A DNA stretch of 11,133 nucleotides from a virus (Duplodnaviria; Heunggongvirae; Uroviricota; Caudoviricetes), in the IMG/VR virus record IMGVR_UViG_3300044591_001876, positions 1 to 11,133 of that record. One strand, 5' to 3'. Positions 1 to 6,655 of the stretch are shown here, piece by piece (position 1 is the stretch's first letter; every line of letters begins with the position of its first letter). A program made the position numbers and the translations under genes. Below the pieces are notes generated by a model that had not been told where the DNA came from, did not search any database, and saw only the letters and a list, made by a program, of their open reading frames with translations.

Positions 1-57
1 GCTCAGAAATTAAACTTTATGAAAAAAACATCGAAAGCAAAACTTATGCTTGTTTAA
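1..57 (+). CDS. gp33: 3' end of late-transcription coactivator gp33 (partial; ...AQKLNFMKKTSKAKLMLV*)
   Basis: Frame 1 is open from the window start to TAA at 55-57. The peptide resembles the cyanophage gp33 C-terminus (recalled as LNFLKxTSRAxLP). Position upstream of gp32 fits. Only 18 codons are visible. Confidence 0.6.
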   Translation, partial: AQKLNFMKKTSKAKLMLV

Positions 58-59
58 TT

Positions 60-401
60 ATGGGAAACTTTTTTAAATCTGAAATGGTGAGAGGGGACCT
101 TCAAGAAATGGCAGAACTTCAACAGTTTTGTATGAGATCGATGGTTGCCTTTGCTGTCTTAAATAAAGAAAAGAAACTTCAATATTTTGAAGTGATGGAA
201 CAACTGATTGAAAAACAGAAAATTTTTCATGCTAGAATTTGTTTGAGCGATGATCCAGAAGCAATGGAGATGGCGGAAAGTATGAAGCAGGCTGCTGTAA
301 TGCTTGGTGCCACCCCAAATCAAAGCATGGGTTCCATGTTCGATGACCTTCTGGAAAAAGTCCGTGTCATGAAAGAACAACTAGAGGTTCAGGAGGATTG
401 A
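60..401 (+). CDS. DUF1825-like conserved cyanophage/cyanobacterial protein (113 aa)
   Basis: Contains FFxSExVR..L.E..ELQ near the N-terminus and LIEKQKIFHARICLSDDPEA. This matches the small helical protein that typically precedes gp32 in T4-like cyanophages. Confidence 0.7.
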   Translation: MGNFFKSEMVRGDLQEMAELQQFCMRSMVAFAVLNKEKKLQYFEVMEQLIEKQKIFHARICLSDDPEAMEMAESMKQAAVMLGATPNQSMGSMFDDLLEKVRVMKEQLEVQED

Positions 402-426
402 CGCTACCCTGAACCTGTGCTATGAT
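398..426 (+). promoter_or_regulatory. sigma70-type (early) promoter for gp32
   Basis: -35 TTGACG at 398-403, a 17-nt spacer (404-420) and -10 TATGAT at 421-426. The -35 box overlaps the TGA stop of the upstream gene. Confidence 0.8.
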
Positions 427-480
427 GTCTAGGTGATACAGCGTCACACAAGCCAAATCCAATTATCCAAGGAAATCCGT

Positions 481-1362
481 ATGTCTTTTGCTGATCTTAA
501 GCGTAAGTCCCAGAGCAATTTTGAGTTTCTTCAGAAGGAACTTGAAAAGTCCAGCACTCAATCAGGTGCCGACGAGAGGCTCTGGAAGCCCGAACTTGAC
601 GCTTCTGGTAACGGCTATGCCGTTATTCGTTTTCTGCCTGCTCCTGAAGGGGAGTCAGTGCCGTGGGCTAAACTTTATACTCATGCCTTCAAAGGCACTG
701 GTGGATGGTTGATTGATAACTGTCCCACAACAAACGGTGATAAGTGTCCCGTTTGTGCTGGCAATACTAAACTGTGGAACAGTGGTCATGAATCTGATAA
801 AGCAGTTGCTCGTGATCGTAAGCGTAAACTGTCTTACTACAGCAACATCTATGTTGTGAATGATCCTAAGAATCCTGACAACAATGGTAAGGTGTTCTTG
901 TTTAAGTATGGTAAGAAGATTCATGATAAGATTCTTGCTGCTATGCAACCTGAGTTTCAAGATGAAACTCCTGTGAACGTCTTTGACTTCTGGGAAGGCG
1001 CCAACTTCAAGATTAAAATCAAGACCGTTGGTGGTTACTGGAACTACGATGCTTCTGAGTTTTCTTCGCCAGCAGTGCTCAGTTCTGATGATGATGAAAT
1101 GGAAGCTATCTGGAAACAAGCATATTCGTTGGAAGCATTTGTTGCTCCTAGTGAGTTCAAATCTTATGAAGATCTTGAGACTCGAATGAATAGTGTTCTT
1201 GGTGCTGCTCCTGCTACTCGTCAGGCTCAGCAAGAAGAAGAGCAAGATCCTGCTCCTGTTGCTGCTTCAACTCGGCAACGTGATGTTGATCTTCCTTCGT
1301 TCAAGTCAGACGATGACGATGATGCTCTGAGCTACTTCGCTCGTCTTGCTGAAGAAGATTGA
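481..1362 (+). CDS. gp32: single-stranded DNA-binding protein gp32 (293 aa from ATG 481)
   Basis: MSFADLK start, DERLWKP, GNGYAVIRFLP, Zn ligands H/C/C/C (HAFK...NCPTT...KCPVC), RKRKLSYYSNIYVV, FKYGKKI and an acidic tail DDDDDALSYFARLAEED. ATG 481 follows AAGGA (469-473). The ORF-track GTG at 433 lies at about the predicted transcription start and is unlikely. Confidence 0.97.
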   Translation: MSFADLKRKSQSNFEFLQKELEKSSTQSGADERLWKPELDASGNGYAVIRFLPAPEGESVPWAKLYTHAFKGTGGWLIDNCPTTNGDKCPVCAGNTKLWNSGHESDKAVARDRKRKLSYYSNIYVVNDPKNPDNNGKVFLFKYGKKIHDKILAAMQPEFQDETPVNVFDFWEGANFKIKIKTVGGYWNYDASEFSSPAVLSSDDDEMEAIWKQAYSLEAFVAPSEFKSYEDLETRMNSVLGAAPATRQAQQEEEQDPAPVAASTRQRDVDLPSFKSDDDDDALSYFARLAEED

Positions 1363-1369
1363 TAAAAGT

Positions 1370-1395
1370 AAAGGGGGCTTACGCCCCCTTTTTTT
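1370..1395. terminator. bidirectional intrinsic terminator between convergent gp32 and gp53
   Basis: Stem GGGGGC (1373-1378), loop TTAC, GCCCCC (1383-1388), then T7 (1389-1395) on +. On - it reads GGGGGC-GTAA-GCCCCC-TTTACTTTTA, with a GNRA tetraloop. The gp53 TAA overlaps the T tract. Confidence 0.92.
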
Positions 1396-2731
1396 ATATG
1401 CCGGTTTTCTTTAATCTATTATTAATAAAATCACTTGACTTGCCATAAAGATTTGTCTTTCTAAAATCAGATAAAAAGGCATCTAAGTATGTTGGTTTGA
1501 GTAAATAAATTTCTCTCTTTTTTTCATTCTGTTCTTCTTCGTATTCAAATACATATACTGGTCTACATATTTGAACCCCATTTATTTCTACTGTAGTAGT
1601 GCCATTAAAATATTTGATTCCATTTCCGGTTTTTCTTTTCCAATTTTCTCCATCGTACTTCCAGTAAACTCCATCAATTAAATACGACGTTGGGCTTAAT
1701 TCTACCACTTCATAATCTAATGGAGTGGTTTTTTGGTATGAACCAATAAATTCTATACTACGTATTCCATAATGATCGTTTCCTGGACCACTACTATTTG
1801 CTTGATATAATCTAAAGTAAGTATTATTTTGCTTGGCTCCTTGAGGTATATTAACCGAGTATAGATTCAATTCATTTCCAGCATTTCCGGCTCCATCGTC
1901 TGTTGTTGGTACAATAATACCCATATTAATCCAACCAGATGGGTTAGTAGAACCGACTTGATATTGTATTCTTAGTTCTTCTTGACCAGCAATGTCTGGT
2001 GTTTCTCCACCATTAAGATCGTTTCCACGAATTACTAATCCAGTTATTGTATTCAAATTTGTAGCATCAATTGGTTTTAATGTTGCCCATCTTTCGCCAC
2101 TTTTAATCTCACCAAATTTTAGATGATTGCCAATACCAAAGCCACCATCATCTCCTGCTCCAGTTCCGTTTGTAGCAATGTATGTACCATTAAAATCTAA
2201 AATGTTTCCTGGAATTCTTGTATCTATAATTTTAGATATTGGTATTGTTTCTACCGTAGGTTCTGTTTGTGGTAACGTATCGATAACAAATGTCTCTTCT
2301 GAGTTATAAAAATTTTCATCTACAATTGTGCCACCTTTCAATATTACTTGACCAAACATTTGTGTTTGTTCTTTATCATCGATAACTTTATAATGTTTTA
2401 TTGTTGAATAAGGATCGTCGTATGTAGATTCTAAAAATTTTCTTAGGTCATTCTGACTTAATGGTAAATCAAATAATGGATTTATCATATTGTTTGTCAA
2501 AGCAATAACCCAATCAAAGAAAGGATTTCCATATGCTTTTTCTGCTATAGTATCTAAACGCTCTCCTTCTTCTATAGAATACTTTTTAAAGTATACTGCA
2601 TAAGAAAATACATCTGGGTTAACTTGATATCTTCTGAAGAAATTTTTAGCTACAACAAAATCAGATTCAGAGAATGGATACTGAATTGGTTTTTTATCGT
2701 ACTCGATATTAGGAATGAATGAGAAATACAT
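1394..2731 (-). CDS. gp53: baseplate wedge subunit gp53, enlarged by an internal accessory domain (445 aa)
   Basis: N-terminus MYFSFIPNIEY...KNFFRR, LysM-like YSIEEGERLDTIAEKAYGNPFFDWVIALTNN, and C-terminal PVYVFEYEEEQNEKKREIYLLKP. Position after gp48 fits. Confidence 0.92.
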   Translation of the reverse strand: MYFSFIPNIEYDKKPIQYPFSESDFVVAKNFFRRYQVNPDVFSYAVYFKKYSIEEGERLDTIAEKAYGNPFFDWVIALTNNMINPLFDLPLSQNDLRKFLESTYDDPYSTIKHYKVIDDKEQTQMFGQVILKGGTIVDENFYNSEETFVIDTLPQTEPTVETIPISKIIDTRIPGNILDFNGTYIATNGTGAGDDGGFGIGNHLKFGEIKSGERWATLKPIDATNLNTITGLVIRGNDLNGGETPDIAGQEELRIQYQVGSTNPSGWINMGIIVPTTDDGAGNAGNELNLYSVNIPQGAKQNNTYFRLYQANSSGPGNDHYGIRSIEFIGSYQKTTPLDYEVVELSPTSYLIDGVYWKYDGENWKRKTGNGIKYFNGTTTVEINGVQICRPVYVFEYEEEQNEKKREIYLLKPTYLDAFLSDFRKTNLYGKSSDFINNRLKKTGI

Positions 2732-2732
2732 T

Positions 2733-3845
2733 TTAGATACCCTCTCCTGTTTCTGTATCTACTTCGCCAGCAAATACTAACTTTGATTCTAGGAATGATA
2801 TGGTTAATTCTGTTGCCACTGGAGAACCGTCTCCCATTGTGGCGTATGCCCCAGCAGCAGTGTAGTTAATACTTACGTCAGTAATACCACACAATTTATA
2901 TTTTGGTAAGAATGGATGAATGCCAGATCCTTTCATAAAAAGAACTTGACAAAGATCTGGAATCGTTATTAGATTTGCTGTTTCTTGAGAAGCGCCAAAA
3001 ATTGCTTGACCTCCAAATTTAGGAAGCATTGCTTTTTTAAATATATTACAAATTTGTTTTATATCTTTAGCTTCTTTTCCTGTCCGAGGAACCAGTTTAA
3101 ATTTCAAACTAAAGTTTCTTAGTTTGGGTGCTTCGTAAGCAAGTTCTACGTTAGGGTTTAAGATTGTTCCTGTAACTGTTCCTAAGGCTTGATTTAAATT
3201 AATATTTGCTCCAGCAACAGCATTTATTCCAGAAATAAGAGCATTAAACGTAGCTGCTTTTACCCCACCCATAGCTGAGCTAGTTCCTGCTTGAACTAAA
3301 GCACTCCAATCTTTTTGGTTATTGATAGATCCAGCAACTCCAAGCATACCAGCAGCCGCTGCTCCAAACCCAGCTCCATTCCATCCAGCCCCAAATTGAG
3401 TTTGAATATCTTCTGGCATATAAAGAATAACTGATTTTAAACCAGAAGGATTTTTATATGATCTATCACTGGAATCTTGGTAGTTAGAATATCCCCATGG
3501 GTTACTGGGAGATTTTGATGCTGAATTTGCATCTGCTCTATTTGGAGTATCTCTTCCTCCTCCAAAAGGTGGAGCGTAGCTATAAAAACTAAACAATACA
3601 TAATCACTATCTGCTTCGATTGCCGCTGGGTCAGAAGGATATCTTACAGAACTGCTTCGATTATTTGGTAGTTGTATGTTTAATTTAATTGGTTCTTCTT
3701 TTGTTGGGTTGCTGCCTCCTCCCGATTTATTAGCAGGATTGTTTTCACTTTTTGCCCACACTGCTTCCGGCACATACTTAGTACCATCCCAAAATCCAGG
3801 AACTGTGCCAGCGGCGTTTTCTTTTTTTTCTCCTAACTGTGGCAT
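2733..3845 (-). CDS. gp48: baseplate tail-tube cap gp48 (370 aa)
   Basis: YP...DYVLFSF, VILYMPEDI, NPNVELAYEAPKLRNFSLKFKLVPR, KKAMLP, PDLCQV, KLCGITDVSINYT, PVATELTISFLE. The ATG overlaps the gp2 stop (TAATG). Confidence 0.9.
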   Translation of the reverse strand: MPQLGEKKENAAGTVPGFWDGTKYVPEAVWAKSENNPANKSGGGSNPTKEEPIKLNIQLPNNRSSSVRYPSDPAAIEADSDYVLFSFYSYAPPFGGGRDTPNRADANSASKSPSNPWGYSNYQDSSDRSYKNPSGLKSVILYMPEDIQTQFGAGWNGAGFGAAAAGMLGVAGSINNQKDWSALVQAGTSSAMGGVKAATFNALISGINAVAGANINLNQALGTVTGTILNPNVELAYEAPKLRNFSLKFKLVPRTGKEAKDIKQICNIFKKAMLPKFGGQAIFGASQETANLITIPDLCQVLFMKGSGIHPFLPKYKLCGITDVSINYTAAGAYATMGDGSPVATELTISFLESKLVFAGEVDTETGEGI

Positions 3846-4708
3846 TACTTGACCCTCTCTATGTCTTTCCTGTTAGTTCCTTTTATGATCCTTGTGCCTT
3901 TGATACGATCATTCCAGTGTTGGTTAATCTCTTCCCAAACATATTCTTTTGGGTATTCAATTTTTCCATCACCTTTCATTAGCACGAAATCTTCTACAGG
4001 AAGAGCAGAAGCAGACACCCATTCTTCTTTCGCTAAATCTAAGAACAAACTTTTACATCTTTTATAAAGATATTTATGAATGATTACTTTGGGAATATCT
4101 ATCTGACCTTTCTCCAATTTATTCACAACGATTAATCTTTTCTTTGGTTCTAGATAATGTAAATTAGCTCCCCAAAATTCTCCACCAGATACTTTCATTA
4201 CATATAATAAAGGATACTTATCATAGTACGGAAGGTCTGGTGTTTCTGCTTTATATTCGAAAAAACATAAGTGACCAGGAAATAATTTACGACGATTTAC
4301 ATTCTGATCTTGGTTAACCAACGCTCCAATTGAATCAAATTTTTCCTGCTCATTCATACGAGAGGGCTCTGTTTGAACACTAGCACTTAACGTTTTAAGT
4401 TTTGCTTTGTACCATAGTAAATTTTTTGCTTCTCCCTCAGTTTCTTCTTTTATTTTTTCAAATATCGTTAATCGCCTTTGTTTTTTTCCTGCTTGTTTAA
4501 ATCCCTCAGTTTCACTTACCGCTTGTGCTAACTCATTCATATCTTTGTATGAAGAGTAACGTTTTATGCCATACTTAGAAGCAAGAGCACGTATTTGATC
4601 ACGAGTGTAATTACTTAATGATGGTAACTCATGACCGCTCAAATAAGACCATCTATCAATAGCATCTTTAGCATATGATTTTGGCTTTAAATTATTCTTA
4701 GCTGCCAT
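3845..4708 (-). CDS. gp2: DNA end-protector protein gp2 with an N-terminal extension (287 aa)
   Basis: PGHLCFFEYKAE..LPYYDKYPL, FWGANLHYL, IHKYL and EW..A..LPVEDF are gp2 motifs. RBS AGGAG lies at 4715-4719 on the - strand. Confidence 0.88.
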   Translation of the reverse strand: MAAKNNLKPKSYAKDAIDRWSYLSGHELPSLSNYTRDQIRALASKYGIKRYSSYKDMNELAQAVSETEGFKQAGKKQRRLTIFEKIKEETEGEAKNLLWYKAKLKTLSASVQTEPSRMNEQEKFDSIGALVNQDQNVNRRKLFPGHLCFFEYKAETPDLPYYDKYPLLYVMKVSGGEFWGANLHYLEPKKRLIVVNKLEKGQIDIPKVIIHKYLYKRCKSLFLDLAKEEWVSASALPVEDFVLMKGDGKIEYPKEYVWEEINQHWNDRIKGTRIIKGTNRKDIERVK

Positions 4709-4709
4709 G

Positions 4710-5147
4710 TTATACTCCTAGATGATCTTCTGTGAGAATTAAAAACTTCATCTGTCTATCTTCACAGAAGTCTTCTGCTGCTGCCCACTTGGCACGGTTC
4801 TTCATGTAGGTTAGGACTTCTCTTTTCCAAGCAGCAGTTTTTCTTTTTGGTTTCTCGACTGGACCAGCAACTTGTTTTTTTGGTTTAACTTCAATCAAAT
4901 ACTTATTAATATTTCCTTCTTTATTTTTAACTTTGATGTAGAAGTCTGGAAAGTATCTATGAACTCTACCATCAGTAGGACAACGATAGGGAATAATTAC
5001 TTCTTCACTTCCCCACTCTACAATACTATCGTTGCCATCACAAAACACCATAAACTTCCGCTCCCACATAGAACGGTAGATAATTCTTGTAGGGTTTCCT
5101 CTATATTTTTTTGGATTCTTTGGTTTGTAGATTCCAGAATAAGCCAT
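4710..5147 (-). CDS. gp4: head completion nuclease gp4 (145 aa from ATG 5147)
   Basis: MAYSGIYKPKNPKKYRGNP..IIYRSMWERKFM..CD, WGSEE..IPY, HRYFPDF, LIEVKPKKQ (PD-(D/E)xK-type) and NRAKW.AA. The start is moved from the ORF-track 5234 to the MAYSG codon, which has GGAGG (5161-5165) upstream. Confidence 0.95.
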   Translation of the reverse strand: MAYSGIYKPKNPKKYRGNPTRIIYRSMWERKFMVFCDGNDSIVEWGSEEVIIPYRCPTDGRVHRYFPDFYIKVKNKEGNINKYLIEVKPKKQVAGPVEKPKRKTAAWKREVLTYMKNRAKWAAAEDFCEDRQMKFLILTEDHLGV

Positions 5148-5176
5148 AAATAAATATATCCCTCCGACTATATTTA
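5146..5176. promoter_or_regulatory. pair of oppositely oriented T4-type late promoters in the gp4/gp54 intergenic space
   Basis: The + strand has ATAAATA at 5146-5152 and 5150-5156, facing gp54. The - strand has TAAATA at 5171-5176, facing gp4. The T4 gp55-dependent consensus is TATAAATA. Confidence 0.75.
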
Positions 5177-5178
5177 GA

Positions 5179-5886
5179 GTGGCAAAAGGATCAATAGACA
5201 ACTTCATATCAGCCATAGCTAAGAATGGCGGCATGGCAATGTCGAATGGCTATGATGTTGAATTTGATTTTCGTGGAAAAGTTGATCTAGAAAAATATAT
5301 AAAAACTATTGGAGTAGATTTGCCTGCTAAAAGTGATAGTGGGGAAGCCGGAGCATTAATTAATTTGTTTTGTGACGAAGCACAACTACCGAATATTTCC
5401 GCTGCTACTGGGCAAATTACTGGAAGGTATTTGGGAGAAGGTACTATCAATTATCCTCATACTAGAATAGTAAGTGACTTCAATCTTTCGTGGATGTGTG
5501 ATGCTAACATGATCCCATTTAAATTTTTAAACGCTTGGCACGAGTATATTTTTGGGCAAGATAAAATTGAAAATCGAGTTGGAACCGATAGATTTTTGAG
5601 AGATGCTAAAGCAAATGACGCCAAAACAAAACTAATTAACAGAACAAATCGCCTTAGATATCCTGATCAATATCAAACTACGTTAAGAATATCAAAAGCA
5701 GAACGAGGAGCTAATGCTCCAAATGAAAGAGTTTCTTTAGTTTGTGTGCTTGAAAATGTATATCCATATTCCATAGATGCTGTTCCTATGTCTTATGGAT
5801 CATCACAAATAACAAGAGTGAGTGCTAGCTTTTATTATACTCGCCACACATATTACAACTACGACATCCGTAATTATAGAGGATAA
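5179..5886 (+). CDS. gp54: baseplate tail-tube initiator gp54 (gp19-like fold; 235 aa, GTG start)
   Basis: FCDEAQLP, YPHTR...FNLSWMCD, FLNAW..YI, YPDQY...I and LENVYPYSIDAVPMSYG..QI.RV...FYY fit the gp19/gp54 family. It precedes gp26. Confidence 0.82.
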   Translation: MAKGSIDNFISAIAKNGGMAMSNGYDVEFDFRGKVDLEKYIKTIGVDLPAKSDSGEAGALINLFCDEAQLPNISAATGQITGRYLGEGTINYPHTRIVSDFNLSWMCDANMIPFKFLNAWHEYIFGQDKIENRVGTDRFLRDAKANDAKTKLINRTNRLRYPDQYQTTLRISKAERGANAPNERVSLVCVLENVYPYSIDAVPMSYGSSQITRVSASFYYTRHTYYNYDIRNYRG

Positions 5887-5889
5887 ATA
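5883..5889 (+). promoter_or_regulatory. T4-type late promoter for gp26
   Basis: ATAAATA overlaps the gp54 TAA stop and lies 25 nt upstream of the gp26 ATG. Confidence 0.7.
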
Positions 5890-5914
5890 ATTACACGAAT
5901 TGAAATAAAGTTTT

Positions 5915-6628
5915 ATGGCATTACCAAAAATTGGAATTCCTACTTACGAATTAGAGTTGCCATCCACAGGCAAAACAATTAAGTACAGACCTTTTGTAGT
6001 GAAGGAAGAAAAGGTTTTACTACTGGCATTAGAATCTGAAGATGAAAAAGAGATTAAAAATGCCGTCAAAGATCTGATTAAAAATTGTGTTCAAACTAGG
6101 ATTAAAGTTGATGACTTGCCTAGCTTTGATTTGGAATATATCTTTTTACGAATTCGTGCTGCTTCGGTTGGAGAAGAAATTAGTATGATTGTCACTTGTC
6201 AAGATGACAATAAGACTCAAGTTGAAGTAACCATTAATTTGAATGAAGTTAATGTGTTTAAACCTGAAGGACACACTAATAAAATTATGCTTGATGATAT
6301 CACAGGCATTGTTTTGAATTATCCTGGCATGGATAGATTTATTGATTCTGAATTTTTGAATAAAGATATTAAAACTGATGAAGTAATTAATTTTATTGCT
6401 GATTCGGTTGATCAAATTTTTAACAGTGAAGAGGTGTGGGATTCTTCTACAACTTCTAAAAAAGAAATGAGAGAGTTTATAGAAGGTCTTACTGCTAAAC
6501 AATTTGAACCATTACAAAAATTCTATGAAACTATGCCTAGGCTAATTCATAAATTCAAAGTAATTAATCCAAACACTGGCGAAGAATCCGAATATACAAT
6601 TGAGGGACTACAGAATTTTTTCGTATAG
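5915..6628 (+). CDS. gp26: baseplate hub subunit/assembly protein gp26 (237 aa)
   Basis: MALPK...PTYELELPSTGK.IKYRPF.VKEEK.LL.A.ES, FDLEYIFLRIRA.SVGE, F.ETMP.L and C-terminal EGLQNFF. Confidence 0.93.
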   Translation: MALPKIGIPTYELELPSTGKTIKYRPFVVKEEKVLLLALESEDEKEIKNAVKDLIKNCVQTRIKVDDLPSFDLEYIFLRIRAASVGEEISMIVTCQDDNKTQVEVTINLNEVNVFKPEGHTNKIMLDDITGIVLNYPGMDRFIDSEFLNKDIKTDEVINFIADSVDQIFNSEEVWDSSTTSKKEMREFIEGLTAKQFEPLQKFYETMPRLIHKFKVINPNTGEESEYTIEGLQNFFV

Positions 6629-6655
6629 CACTCTTCCAGAATAGCCTGGAGGGGT
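6602..6655 (+). promoter_or_regulatory. putative programmed -1 ribosomal frameshift cassette (internal SD, slippery heptamer, stimulatory hairpin)
   Basis: GAGGG at 6602-6606. T_TTT_TTC at 6616-6622 is phased X_XXY_YYZ in the gp26 frame. After a 7-nt spacer, a 10-bp stem pairs 6630-6639 with 6646-6655 (two G-U pairs) around a 6-nt loop AATAGC. Confidence 0.72.

Noticed and set aside
433-480. GTG start extending gp32 by 16 aa (ORF track)
   Set aside because: It lies at about the predicted transcription start with no RBS. The family start MSFADLK at ATG 481 has an SD.
655-1245. 196-aa antisense ORF inside gp32
   Set aside because: It lies wholly opposite a conserved gene and has no recognisable motifs. 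It is a likely by-product of the sense-strand codon bias.
3822-3829. A8 run near the start of gp48 (- strand) as a slippery or phase-variable site
   Set aside because: It encodes Glu-Lys-Lys in an AT-rich genome. gp48 is intact without a shift, and I saw no stimulatory structure.
5148-5234. 29-aa N-terminal extension of gp4 (ORF track)
   Set aside because: It overlaps gp54 and the promoters. The conserved start MAYSG at 5147 has its own GGAGG and late promoter.
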